DNA from: an uncultured Methanoregulaceae archaeon
Lineage (GTDB): Archaea > Halobacteriota > Methanomicrobia > Methanomicrobiales > Methanospirillaceae
NCBI GenBank assembly: GCA_963705255.1
Contig: OY970061.1
Location: 1,280,001 to 1,344,000, forward strand
Length of the DNA stretch: 64,000 nucleotides
Reading direction: 5' to 3'
The notes beneath the pieces are model-generated. The model was not told the origin of the DNA, ran no database searches, and was given only the letters and a program-made list of their open reading frames with translations. Both the position numbers and the translations under genes were made by a program. Shown here piece after piece: positions 43,834-53,603 of the stretch; position 1 is the first letter of the stretch, and every line of letters starts with the position of its first letter.

Positions 43834-44682
43834 ATGATTAGTGATTTCCTCTACAAATATTACATTGATCCCATACGCTACGAGCAGCCCTATAATACCG
43901 TGGAGACCATCACCTACGCGCTCATCCTCATCGTAGCGGTGTACCTTCTCTACCGCTGGTTCAGGAAGTCCGGGTTCCCCCTTGACGGCCCGTTCGTGCT
44001 GGCCACGATTCCCTATATAATCTTCGGCGGCGTGCTCAGGGTGGTCCAGGACACCCACATGATCCAGGGGGATATCCAGTTCGCGATCGTCACCCCGTTC
44101 ATCTATTTCGTGATATTTTTTTACACCTTCGGGATGCTCCTCATCTCGCGGTCCCTCGAGCGGCAGGGCCTGTGCGACAGTTACCTCAAAGTCTATGCCG
44201 GTATCGGTATCTTCTCAGTCTTCTGTGCGGCGCTCGTGCTCGTCGCATGGGCAACGACCCATACCCGGATCGACCTCGTCGTGCTTGCGATCATCCTGCT
44301 GATGGCAACGGTATCGACGCTTCTCGTCTTTGCCAGCATGCGGTACCTGCTGCGCTGGGAGTACGTGACCGACCCGCTCTACATCACGCTCCTCTTCGGC
44401 CAGCTGCTGGACGCCAGCGCAACCAGCTACGGCATCGACTTCCACCCCTCGGTGCACTATATCGAACAGCATGTGGTGGGGTCGGCCCTGATCGACTGGG
44501 CCCACACCGCGTTCATCATGTTCCCCCTGAAACTGGCGGTCCTGTTCCCAGCGATCTACATCATGCAGATGTACCGGAAAGAGGCGAACCCCGCGTTCTG
44601 GCACCTCGTCCTCCTCGCGATGATCGTGGTCGGGTTCGCGCCTGGCATCCGGGACATGGTACGGATGGTCATTTATGTCTAA
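43834..44682 (+). CDS. DUF63 family membrane protein
   Basis: YYIDPI...YNTVETITY...GQLLDASAT...EQHVV...GFAPGIRD. Confidence 0.88.
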   Translation: MISDFLYKYYIDPIRYEQPYNTVETITYALILIVAVYLLYRWFRKSGFPLDGPFVLATIPYIIFGGVLRVVQDTHMIQGDIQFAIVTPFIYFVIFFYTFGMLLISRSLERQGLCDSYLKVYAGIGIFSVFCAALVLVAWATTHTRIDLVVLAIILLMATVSTLLVFASMRYLLRWEYVTDPLYITLLFGQLLDASATSYGIDFHPSVHYIEQHVVGSALIDWAHTAFIMFPLKLAVLFPAIYIMQMYRKEANPAFWHLVLLAMIVVGFAPGIRDMVRMVIYV

Positions 44683-45241
44683 TTCCGCACTGACGAATGC
44701 CATCATCATCACGTTCCTCCTCTTCTTTACCACGCTTACGGTCGGCTGGCTGGGGTCGGCACAGAACCCCGCGATCGGCCAGAACCTCATGACGCTGTTC
44801 GAGAAAGAGGTTGCCGGGCAGATGTCGACCAAGGACAGCGTTGACATGTTCCTCAAGCTCTTCGCAAACAACCTCGAGGCCTGCATCCTCCTCTTCCTTG
44901 GCGGAGCTTCCTTTGGCATCCTCACGATCTTCATCATGAGCCTGAACGGGATAGTGATCGGTGCCATCATGGAGATCGTGCACCTTGACCATTCGCCGCT
45001 CTTCGTGGCCGCCGCGATCCTCCCGCACGGCATCTTCGAGATCCCGGCCTTCATCATCGCCGGGGCCCTCGGGATCCTGCTGGCCCAGTCCCTGACCGCG
45101 GAATGGTACGGGGGCGGGGACGCTGCAGCCGATGCGGGAAAATACGCCCGGACCTTTCTCCTGTACGTCCTGCCGCTCGTTGCCGTTGCCGCGTGCGTCG
45201 AGGCATTTATTACGCCGGTGGTCATACATCTAGTAGCTTAG
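44675..45241 (+). CDS. SpoIIM-family membrane protein
   Basis: FANN...LNG...ILPHGIFEIPA...AACVEAFITP. Confidence 0.88.
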   Translation: MSNSALTNAIIITFLLFFTTLTVGWLGSAQNPAIGQNLMTLFEKEVAGQMSTKDSVDMFLKLFANNLEACILLFLGGASFGILTIFIMSLNGIVIGAIMEIVHLDHSPLFVAAAILPHGIFEIPAFIIAGALGILLAQSLTAEWYGGGDAAADAGKYARTFLLYVLPLVAVAACVEAFITPVVIHLVA

Positions 45242-45253
45242 AGGATTTTGTTC

Positions 45254-46690
45254 ATGGACGACGATGCGGGCGCCCTGCCGCCGAAACAGGACTTTTCCGG
45301 ATGGTTCAACGATCTCCTGTGGCGTGCCGGGATCATGGACGTCCGTTACCCGGTCAAGGGGCTCTATGTCTGGTACCCGTACGGGTTTGCGATCCGCAAG
45401 TTCGTGTACCAGCGGCTCCGCGACCTGCTGGACCGGGACCAGCAGGAGACCCTTTTCCCGCTGCTCATCCCTGAGCAGGAGTTCATGAAGGAGGCGGAGC
45501 ACATAAAGGGCTTCGAGGACGAGGTCTACTGGGTGACCCACGGGGGGACGACACCACTCGACGTGAAGCTCGCCCTCCGGCCTACGAGCGAGACCGCGAT
45601 CTACCCGATGTACGCGCTCTGGCTCCGCTCGCATACCGACCTCCCGATGAAATATTACCAAATCGTGAATACATTCCGGTACGAGACCAAGCAGACCCGC
45701 CCCCTGATCCGCCTCCGTGAAATCACCTCGTTCATGGAGTCGCACACCGTCCACGCCACGTGGGACGAGGCGGAGGCGCAGGTGGAGTACGAAATCGCCC
45801 TCACCCGCGAGTTCTACGACGGGCTCTGCATCCCGATCACGGTCTCGAAGCGCCCGGACTGGGACAAGTTCCCCGGTGCCGATTACACGATCGCGGTCGA
45901 CGCGATCATGCCCAACGGGAAAACACTCCAGATCGGCACCGTCCACCACCTCGGCACGCACTTCTCGAAGACCTTCTCGATCCAGTACGAGGACCGGAAC
46001 GGGGAGCAGCAGTTGGCAAACCAGACCTGCTACGGGATCTCCGAGAGGTGCATCGCAGCTCTCATCAGCCTGCACGGCGACGACAAGGGGCTCATCCTCC
46101 CACCTGCTGTTGCACCGGTCCAGGCAGTCATCGTCCCGATCACAATCGGGAAACGGCATGAAGATGTGCTCGCCGCCGCGCAGAAACTGGAGTCAGACCT
46201 CAGAAAGGAAGGGGTCCGGGTGAAGACGGACACCCGCGACATGCGGCCCGGCGCGAAGTACTACTGGTGGGAGCTCAGGGGCGTCCCGCTCCGGCTCGAA
46301 CTCGGGCCAAGGGACCTGGATGCCGGAAAAGTGATGGCCGTGAAGCGGACCGGTGAAAAGAGCCAGATCGAGCTTGCGACCGTCACTGACGGCGTGACCC
46401 GCGTCCTCGGCGAGATTACCGCTGCCATCCGTACCCGTGCGGAGGAGCACACGCAGTCGCACCTCTGCACCGTGGACTCCATGGAGGCGCTCGTTGCTGC
46501 CCTCAACGAAGGGAAGGTCGCGGTCGTCCACTGGTGCGGGCAGCGGGACTGCGGGGACGCGATCGAAGAGAAGGCCAGTTCGAGCATCCTCGGGACAGAC
46601 GTGCGGTCGGCATACGTAACCTGTACGGAAGGGTGCTGCATCGTCTGCGGGAAGCCGGGGAAGGCGACCCTTGTCGGACGGACGTACTGA
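45254..46690 (+). CDS. proS: Proline--tRNA ligase (archaeal type)
   Basis: [42 protein letters not shown]-terminal zinc site and RTY. Confidence 0.97.
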   Translation: MDDDAGALPPKQDFSGWFNDLLWRAGIMDVRYPVKGLYVWYPYGFAIRKFVYQRLRDLLDRDQQETLFPLLIPEQEFMKEAEHIKGFEDEVYWVTHGGTTPLDVKLALRPTSETAIYPMYALWLRSHTDLPMKYYQIVNTFRYETKQTRPLIRLREITSFMESHTVHATWDEAEAQVEYEIALTREFYDGLCIPITVSKRPDWDKFPGADYTIAVDAIMPNGKTLQIGTVHHLGTHFSKTFSIQYEDRNGEQQLANQTCYGISERCIAALISLHGDDKGLILPPAVAPVQAVIVPITIGKRHEDVLAAAQKLESDLRKEGVRVKTDTRDMRPGAKYYWWELRGVPLRLELGPRDLDAGKVMAVKRTGEKSQIELATVTDGVTRVLGEITAAIRTRAEEHTQSHLCTVDSMEALVAALNEGKVAVVHWCGQRDCGDAIEEKASSSILGTDVRSAYVTCTEGCCIVCGKPGKATLVGRTY

Positions 46691-46899
46691 ATTTCTTACC
46701 TCCCACCTCCCCTAGCATGGGAGGGTTACTCACCCTCCCTACCCCAGGCAACCGTGTAAATGGGCAGGGGCGGCAGACAGAGAGGTATAACAGGTGACCC
46801 CATTCTCTATCGGGAGCGATGCATGCCATCAACTGCGTCCGATTGACGCGGTCCCCTGCCCACTCCCATACCTATTTATCCCGTCTCACGCTACCGCTC

Positions 46900-47613
46900 A
46901 TGATGATCGGGATCTCGACCTACTGCCTCCTAGGGGAACCGCTTCCCGTTGCGCTGGACAGGCTCTCCGCCATGACCACCCTCATCGAGGTGATGGACGA
47001 GGGCCCGCATTTCGTGGACGACCCCGGTCTGTTCGCGAGTTATTCCGGGGACTTCGTCCTCCACGCCCCCTACCACGGGATCAATGTCGCGTCCCTCTTC
47101 GAGTCCATCCGTAGGGCGAGCGTTGAGGTCATGACCGACTGCTTCTCAGTTGCAGCAGAGATTGGCGCCCCCGTTGTCCTCCACCCGGGATATTTTGCCT
47201 GGGAACAAGAGCGTGGGCAGGCCGACCGGCAGTTCAGGAAGTCCCTCGATGAGCTCAAGGAGGCAGCAGAGGAAAGCTCGGTCACGTTCTGGTTCGAGAA
47301 CATGGGAGACATGCACTTCTTCAACCTCCGGACGCCGGAGGACCTCGGGTTGATCGACGGGAGCGGGTTCACCCTCGATACCGGCCATGCGAACCTCAAC
47401 CACTGCCTCGCGGGGTTCCTCGATACGGGGTTTGAGCACATGCACCTCCACGACAACGACGGGAGGCGGGACTCCCACAGCCCCGTGGGGGAAGGCACGA
47501 TCGATTTCCGTGCGGTAATGGCTGCACAGCAGCGGGAACGTGCGACCGCGGTCATCGAGGTCAGGACGCTGGACGGGGTCATGAAGAGCCTCCGGGCACT
47601 GGAAAGCCTGTAA
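46900..47613 (+). CDS. Sugar-phosphate isomerase/epimerase-like TIM barrel protein
   Basis: LHAP, HPG, FENM, LDTGHA, HLHDNDG..DSH...GEGTIDF. Confidence 0.85.
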   Translation: MMIGISTYCLLGEPLPVALDRLSAMTTLIEVMDEGPHFVDDPGLFASYSGDFVLHAPYHGINVASLFESIRRASVEVMTDCFSVAAEIGAPVVLHPGYFAWEQERGQADRQFRKSLDELKEAAEESSVTFWFENMGDMHFFNLRTPEDLGLIDGSGFTLDTGHANLNHCLAGFLDTGFEHMHLHDNDGRRDSHSPVGEGTIDFRAVMAAQQRERATAVIEVRTLDGVMKSLRALESL

Positions 47614-47732
47614 GCGGGGCTGACCCGACCCACCCGTTTCGTGCCCCGGGCGGAACGGGCACGGGAAGCGAAGATCTTCCGACCACAAACCTGTTGACCC
47701 CCGCACCCGGATAGCTTGTTCGGGGAACGATC

Positions 47733-48137
47733 ATGGGGATTGGGAGAGGCAGTGCGGGGCCCGCCCACGTGATCATCGCATCCTTTATGGCGATAGGTCT
47801 CGTGGCGGTGCCTGCTGCCCTTGCAGCGGGACACGGTAACCCTACGGGGATGCAAAAGTTGGCGGGCGGCCCGGACCTTAATATAAGCGCCGGTATCCTG
47901 AATGAGTCGGCGGTACCGGTGCAGTTTCGCCCTACCCCGGCGCCGGTCAGGATCTTCGAACTCGAGGTGGGCGGCCCGACCATGCCCGGCCCGAGGTACA
48001 TGGCCTTTGGCCCGGTGCCCATCGGTATATCCGTTGACCCGAGGATTCTTGCCGTGCTCTTCGCGGCCGTGGTCGTGGCACTGGACGCATGGTCTGTCAG
48101 CCGCCGGAAACGGGACGACAGGAAAGAAGAGCCGTAA
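47733..48137 (+). CDS. Hypothetical exported/membrane protein
   Basis: N-terminal signal-like helix, C-terminal TM followed by RRKR. Confidence 0.6.
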   Translation: MGIGRGSAGPAHVIIASFMAIGLVAVPAALAAGHGNPTGMQKLAGGPDLNISAGILNESAVPVQFRPTPAPVRIFELEVGGPTMPGPRYMAFGPVPIGISVDPRILAVLFAAVVVALDAWSVSRRKRDDRKEEP

Positions 48138-48276
48138 TTTTCCCGCAACCCCTGCATTACCGTCGGAACATGCCCGGCCCGCTATCATGGGACATCCCGT
48201 ATTTTTCCGGGCGGTAAGCCCGGTCTTTTTAACCCCTGCAGGGAATATGGTAGTAACGAAGCATGGGGCGGCAGCG

Positions 48277-49590
48277 ATGAGCGGGGATTCCGAAGACTTC
48301 GACAAGCCATACCTGCCGGAGCGCTACCGGCAGAAAGTGATGATAAACCGGCGGCGGCGCCTCGTCAGGCGGGCTATCCTTGGCGGTATCTTCATCGCTA
48401 TCGTTGCGGCGGCAGTTCTTTTCTCCGGCGTCCCGTCCCCCGGCTGGGTGCATGTACCGGCACTCTCATCGCAACAGCCCGTGACCGTGCCGGCTCCTCC
48501 CGCGGCCACCATCTCCCCTGTCCTGAATGCCACGGCGACCCCCACACCGGGTTTTGTCGTCGGGCCCGGTGTCCCATCGCAGCCCTCTGCCGGGAATATC
48601 TCCCTCGCAGACGCGGTTGCGGCACTCCGCCGCTCCTACCCGGCGGAGGAGTTCGCCATCCTCAGCGTCAACCTCTCCACTATGTCAGGCCATACCCTGT
48701 TCGGGTTCGTCATCCGCCCGGTCAGCGGGGGAGCCGGGGACGAGTCCACAGCGTTCATCGATGCCGCGAGCGGTGAGTCCTGGACCCCCGGGCAGGACAC
48801 CTCACCGGTATCGGCAGGACAGGCAAAATTCATCGCGGGATCGGTGTTCCCCTCCCTGAACCCGGACAGGGTTGACGTGCGGTACGGCGATGATCCCGAG
48901 CGGGGGAAGGTCTGGGCGTTCACTCTCTATTCCGGAAATACACAACTCCTGAACGGGAGCATCGATGCCACGTCCGGGGGAATCGCCACATTTTCCCTCA
49001 CGGTCCCTGCCGCCGGCAGGCCGGCAACCCCTGTATTCAGTCAGCAGCAGGCGCAGGATATCGCCGCCCGCTACATCTCCGACCACACGATCGGTGCCCA
49101 CCCTGTCAACATGACGGTATCCCGTTACGAGCCATGGGGGACTGCGGCCGGCCCGGTCGCAGGGGAGTACCGCTTCACCTACAGGCGGATATATTCGGGG
49201 TACCCCACCGACGAGGACAGGTTCATGGTGGCCGTCGATGCCGTCAGCGGGGAGGTGATCGGGTACGACCAGCTCTGGACAACGCAGGACTATTCGTTCG
49301 CCGTGACCATGGGGCCGTCCCTGACGTGGTATGATGCCGGGGTCGCCGTCATCCGGGCAGCAGGGAACGTATCTCCCGCGTCCGCGGAGAGTATCCATAT
49401 CCTCTCGGAGGAGATCCTCTGGCAGAACCGGCACCCGCCCGGCATCATCCAGCAGCCGGGCAGCATCCCCCTCCGCTGGAAGGTGATCTTCGACGACGAC
49501 ATCATCCGGGCGAACGCATCCCTCCCACCCGCGACCGGCTGGGTCGATATCCGGACCGGCAATGTCACGGAGCTGGACTACCAGCACTAA
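48277..49590 (+). CDS. Membrane-anchored surface protein with PepSY/YcdB-like repeats
   Basis: TM after RRRR, Pro/Thr linker, repeated (F/V)IDA.(S/T)GE.. units. Confidence 0.7.
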   Translation: MSGDSEDFDKPYLPERYRQKVMINRRRRLVRRAILGGIFIAIVAAAVLFSGVPSPGWVHVPALSSQQPVTVPAPPAATISPVLNATATPTPGFVVGPGVPSQPSAGNISLADAVAALRRSYPAEEFAILSVNLSTMSGHTLFGFVIRPVSGGAGDESTAFIDAASGESWTPGQDTSPVSAGQAKFIAGSVFPSLNPDRVDVRYGDDPERGKVWAFTLYSGNTQLLNGSIDATSGGIATFSLTVPAAGRPATPVFSQQQAQDIAARYISDHTIGAHPVNMTVSRYEPWGTAAGPVAGEYRFTYRRIYSGYPTDEDRFMVAVDAVSGEVIGYDQLWTTQDYSFAVTMGPSLTWYDAGVAVIRAAGNVSPASAESIHILSEEILWQNRHPPGIIQQPGSIPLRWKVIFDDDIIRANASLPPATGWVDIRTGNVTELDYQH

Positions 49591-49616
49591 AAAAATATAA
49601 ACGTCCGTTTCGGTCT

Positions 49617-50060
49617 TCAGCACCGGTCGCAGACGTACTCGACCGCGAGGGCGGTCTTCCGCATGTCGCCCCGGATCTGCTTTTTCCCGCCGCGGAAGAA
49701 CCAGCGGTTACATTTCGAGCAGCGCTTTGGCATGACACGGGCCAGCGCCTTCATCGGGATCTCGAGCACGAAGCCGGTCTTCTCCCACTCCTCGGGAGGC
49801 TTCTCCACATTCTGCTCATAGGTGGAGACGAACTCCATGATCTGGTGAGGGGGAACCCCGAGGTCAACGAATTTCTTGAAGACAAAGTAGTTGAAGATGA
49901 GCCACGAGAGGTCCGAGCGATCGAGGATCCCTTCGTACTCCCCGAACGACTCGTCGAACTCCTCGAGCGAGCAGCCGCACAGGGGACATTTCCCACCTAC
50001 GAGCTCGTCAAGAAATACCTCTTCCTGGCACCCCGGACAGGTCGTGTGAGGGGATTGCAT
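49617..50060 (-). CDS. Hypothetical zinc-ribbon protein
   Basis: CPGC...CPLC at the N-terminus and CSKC...CDRC at the C-terminus. Confidence 0.75.
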   Translation of the reverse strand: MQSPHTTCPGCQEEVFLDELVGGKCPLCGCSLEEFDESFGEYEGILDRSDLSWLIFNYFVFKKFVDLGVPPHQIMEFVSTYEQNVEKPPEEWEKTGFVLEIPMKALARVMPKRCSKCNRWFFRGGKKQIRGDMRKTALAVEYVCDRC

Positions 50061-50230
50061 ACGTGATGTCATGGTAGCTCCGGTCGTGGTTGACGTAGGG
50101 TATTCATCCGGGCCGGGTGAATGATCCGTCCCGGCAATGGTATCGTTCCTAGTATTGATCGGGTCTGCACATATAGGTATCACCAATGCACATTTTCCCC
50201 GATAAGTGCTTTCTGGTTGGAGGGAAAAAG

Positions 50231-50539
50231 TCAGTCCGCGGATGGCTCCGCAGGCTCCATGATCAGCGACCCGAAGATCACTTTCTCGAGGACCTGCGCG
50301 ACGAACTTGATGTACATCGCTTTCTCGAGGTCCTCGTTCCGGTGGATATCGGCATACAGCTGGAGCCTCATCAGGGAAAAACGGAACCGGTCGAGCGTAT
50401 CGTCATCAAGTCCCATCGCTTCCCGGTAGATCGGTTCGAGGAGGTCGGGGAACGCCTGCGGGTTCTCGAGGCACGCCACCACGCCCTTGTAGATCGGGAG
50501 CGGCTTCTCCTTGCCGGTCAGGACCCGCTGGAAGTCCAT
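50231..50539 (-). CDS. Hypothetical protein
   Basis: About 102 aa, starts right after the mrp stop, protein-like composition. Confidence 0.75.
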   Translation of the reverse strand: MDFQRVLTGKEKPLPIYKGVVACLENPQAFPDLLEPIYREAMGLDDDTLDRFRFSLMRLQLYADIHRNEDLEKAMYIKFVAQVLEKVIFGSLIMEPAEPSAD

Positions 50540-50540
50540 C

Positions 50541-51434
50541 TTACCCCTCGACAACCCGGATCAGCTCTTCCATGACCTTGTCCACGCTCTTCCACGTGGG
50601 GCTGTCGCCGCGGCGGATGATGAACGGGCGGCCCTCGTCCCCGGCCTTGCGCATCTCGATATCGATCGGGATGGCCCCGAGGAACGGGATGCCGAGCTCT
50701 TCAGCGATCTTCTTCCCGCCGCCCTTGCCGAAGAGGTCGATCTCTCCACCACAGTGGGGGCAGAGCATGCCGCTCATGTTCTCGATGATCCCGATGACGG
50801 GGAGGCCGAGTTTCTCCACGAACTTTGCCGATTTGCGGGCGTCCAGCGTTGCTACGTCCTGCGGGGTGGTCACGATGACCGCTCCCCGGACATTGGGGGC
50901 GAGCTGGGCGATAGTGAGGGCTTCGTCGCCGGTCCCCGGGGGGAGGTCGACCACGAGGTAGTCGAGGGAGCCCCAGTTGACCTCGGAGAGGAACTGCTGA
51001 ATCGCGGCCATCTTCATGGGCCCGCGCCAGATGATCGGGGTGCTGGTGTCAGGCAGCAGGAACGCCATCGAGATGACCGAGAGCATGCCGGTAACGTGGA
51101 CGGGCTCGATCCGGTCGCCCATCACCTGGAGCTTATGGTCCTCGATCCCGAGCATCTTGGGGATGTTGGGGCCGTGCATGTCGAGGTCGAGGAGCCCGAC
51201 CTTCTTGCCATGGTTCGAGAGGGCGTAGGCGAGGTTGACCGATACGGTGGACTTGCCGACCCCTCCTTTCCCGCTCAGGACCATGATGACGTGTTTCACG
51301 TCGATCTCTGCCTTGGGCGGAAGGCCGGCCCCCCCGCTCTTTGCCGACGGGCATGTGCCGGCAGTCGGACAGCTGGAGCACTCTTTTTCGCACGTTTCAT
51401 CCGGCTGCTGGTTCTGGGTATTGTTCTTTGCCAT
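50541..51434 (-). CDS. Mrp/NBP35 (ApbC) Fe-S cluster carrier ATPase
   Basis: SGKGGVGKST, IWRGPM, DLPPGTGDE, ENMS...CPHC; N-terminal Cys cluster. Confidence 0.95.
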   Translation of the reverse strand: MAKNNTQNQQPDETCEKECSSCPTAGTCPSAKSGGAGLPPKAEIDVKHVIMVLSGKGGVGKSTVSVNLAYALSNHGKKVGLLDLDMHGPNIPKMLGIEDHKLQVMGDRIEPVHVTGMLSVISMAFLLPDTSTPIIWRGPMKMAAIQQFLSEVNWGSLDYLVVDLPPGTGDEALTIAQLAPNVRGAVIVTTPQDVATLDARKSAKFVEKLGLPVIGIIENMSGMLCPHCGGEIDLFGKGGGKKIAEELGIPFLGAIPIDIEMRKAGDEGRPFIIRRGDSPTWKSVDKVMEELIRVVEG

Positions 51435-51530
51435 CTGGATGCCTCACAAAAAAACCAATCTGTACTCTCACCAGTTGTCCCTGCAAGACAATAAAGGTGG
51501 GAGATCGGGGCAGGCCGTAATTCTGCCGCA

Positions 51531-51962
51531 TCAGTCCTTGACGCAGTCCACTGCCGCGATGAAAGGCTTGAGGTCCAGCAGCGGGGTACCGTCAAGCGCA
51601 TCGAGCCCCCGGACGACGAGGCGGTTGCCGTCCCTGCGGACAACATCCACAACCGAAAACGCGATCGGGTTGGGCCGGTCGGGAGAACGGGTGGCAAATA
51701 CGCCGTGTTCCGTGCAGGTGCCCGGGGGTGTTGCCTTCAGGGTTCCCCGGTCGGCACGGTCGAGCCAATAGAGAACGATCAGGTGCGGGTGAATCTCCAC
51801 GTCCTGCAGTCCCTCCGCGTACTCCGGCAGTATCTCGATTGCTGATTCCTGGTCCGACAACCGCCCCTGACGGGGTGCGTCCCCGCGCCGGAAGTACGGC
51901 GAATGGATTACACCGATGGATTTCAGCTCCGCATTACCCGGTGGTTCCCGTAGTGAGCCCAT
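51531..51962 (-). CDS. tsaA: TrmO/TsaA (UPF0066) SAM-binding tRNA methyltransferase family
   Basis: IGVIHSPY...APRQG...GVFATRSPDRPNPI...LDALDGTPLLDLKP. Confidence 0.9.
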   Translation of the reverse strand: MGSLREPPGNAELKSIGVIHSPYFRRGDAPRQGRLSDQESAIEILPEYAEGLQDVEIHPHLIVLYWLDRADRGTLKATPPGTCTEHGVFATRSPDRPNPIAFSVVDVVRRDGNRLVVRGLDALDGTPLLDLKPFIAAVDCVKD

Positions 51963-52049
51963 GTACTGACGCATGCTGTTCCGGGGATTAAAATGGTAAC
52001 GAAATGACCGGCCGGGAACTTTCATGGTCTCCCGCCACAAGTCTCTAGT

Positions 52050-52502
52050 ATGGATCGCCTTGTCGCCATACTGGACTTCCTGGAATTTCCCCCTACGCAC
52101 ACCTGCGATGGTGAGAACCTCTCGCCGAGGATCATGCTGAGGGAACTGCATGCTGCCTCGGTCGCGGTCATGGTCTTCAACCCGTTCGAGAAGTCCTGCT
52201 GTTCGTTCACGCCCTGGACCTGCTGGAACCTCCCTGGCCGGCCGGTAATCCTGGCCGGCATCCCCCGTGAAGGGGTCGTGACTGTACCGGTCCCTGCCGT
52301 GCAGGGCACCACCGATTACGGCACTGTCGGCTACACCGGCCCCTGCCCGCCACCGGGGCAGATGATCCGGTACCAGTTCAAGGTCTACGGGCTGGATGCC
52401 ATGCTCGACCTCGCCCCCGGCTCGGGCAAGCACGAACTCGTCGCCGCGATGAGAGGGCATGTCCTTCAGTTCGGAGAGACTGCGGCCGTCTGTTCGCGAT
52501 AG
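52050..52502 (+). CDS. YbhB/YbcL (PEBP) family protein, divergent
   Basis: TCDGENLSP, GYTGPCPP, YQFKVYGLD; lacks DPDAP and HW. Confidence 0.85.
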   Translation: MDRLVAILDFLEFPPTHTCDGENLSPRIMLRELHAASVAVMVFNPFEKSCCSFTPWTCWNLPGRPVILAGIPREGVVTVPVPAVQGTTDYGTVGYTGPCPPPGQMIRYQFKVYGLDAMLDLAPGSGKHELVAAMRGHVLQFGETAAVCSR

Positions 52503-52575
52503 CAATCGGCCCCCTGCCCCGAACGTCATGTTTAAGAGCATATCCGTGCTTATTGCCAGTAACGGAGGTTTGGGA

Positions 52576-53037
52576 ATGGAAGAACTGAAAATAACGATTT
52601 CGGTCAAAATTCTCCCCAGCGACTACACGTGCGACGGCGAGGACCGGTCGCCGGAGATCGGGGTCGGCGGAGTGAACACGGCACTTTCGAAATGCCTTGC
52701 CATTATCCTCACCGACCCGGACGCTCCCGGCGGGGGTGGGTTTGTCCATTGGATCGCGTGGAACATGGAACTGGCAAGACTCATCCCGGAGAAGATCCCC
52801 AAGACCCCGGAAGTGACGTTCCCCATGAAGGCGGTTCAGGGAAAGAACAGCTTCGGCAGGATAGGGTACAACGGCCCCTGCCCACCGAAAGGGCAGACCC
52901 ACCGCTACTTTTTCAAGGTGTACGGGCTGGACGCTGAACTGCCGCTGAAGGGCGGGGCGACCAAAGACCAGCTGGCAGGGGCCATGCAGGGACATGTCGT
53001 CCAGTACGGGGAGACCTATGTCACCTACGGGAGGTAA
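52576..53037 (+). CDS. YbhB/YbcL (PEBP) family protein
   Basis: YTCDGEDRSP, DPDAP, FVHW, GYNGPCPP, HRYFFKVYGLD. Confidence 0.93.
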   Translation: MEELKITISVKILPSDYTCDGEDRSPEIGVGGVNTALSKCLAIILTDPDAPGGGGFVHWIAWNMELARLIPEKIPKTPEVTFPMKAVQGKNSFGRIGYNGPCPPKGQTHRYFFKVYGLDAELPLKGGATKDQLAGAMQGHVVQYGETYVTYGR

Positions 53038-53078
53038 ATTGCAAACCAGAAAACCTTTTAAAAATTTTCCGGATTTAC

Positions 53079-53361
53079 GAGGTCTCCCCGCCTCAGGGCC
53101 TCTCCGAGGCACGGCGGGGCACGGTGGTTCACACAAAAACCTCATTTTTTGGTGAATTTTCCGGTAATTGATCCGCCGCGGGGGCGAGTCGAAAATTCTT
53201 TATAGAATTTTCTTCAGCCAGCCCTGACCATCTGGTCATGGCTGGCTCCCCGTTGGGGCAGCCGAAGGCAGTGGAGAAGTCCTCAAACTTCGAGTTCCGA
53301 AGAGGTTCATCGGAACCTAGAGGATGAAAAGAACTCGTCAGAGTTCTTCGAGTGCGGCGGC
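53079..53361. repeat. Dispersed GC-rich bipartite hairpin element, copy 2, with a 167-bp multi-hairpin insert (53187-53353)
   Basis: 41-bp identity with 15772-15812; second module split by a stretch containing at least five stem-loops. Confidence 0.88.
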
Positions 53362-53603
53362 GTTCATCGCATCGGAAATGTAAGTGTACTCATCTCGTCG
53401 AAATATCTGAATAATGTGTTTTGGCGGAATACCCAGTGCTCTCTGAAAAGCACATCCTTACAATTATCTTGTATTGGACGATAAACCATCTGAATCTTCG
53501 ATATATATGTGTGCAAAATTTTCCCATGTCCACCATTTTCATTTATTTTCCTTTTCATTCCGGCACCACCCTTAATACCCCCCGGCACTGACTCTCCTCC
53601 GGC

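Noticed and set aside
51963-52607. N-terminal extension or fusion of TsaA (358-aa ORF)
   Set aside because: The extension is the antisense of the PEBP gene; TsaA similarity starts after ATG 51962
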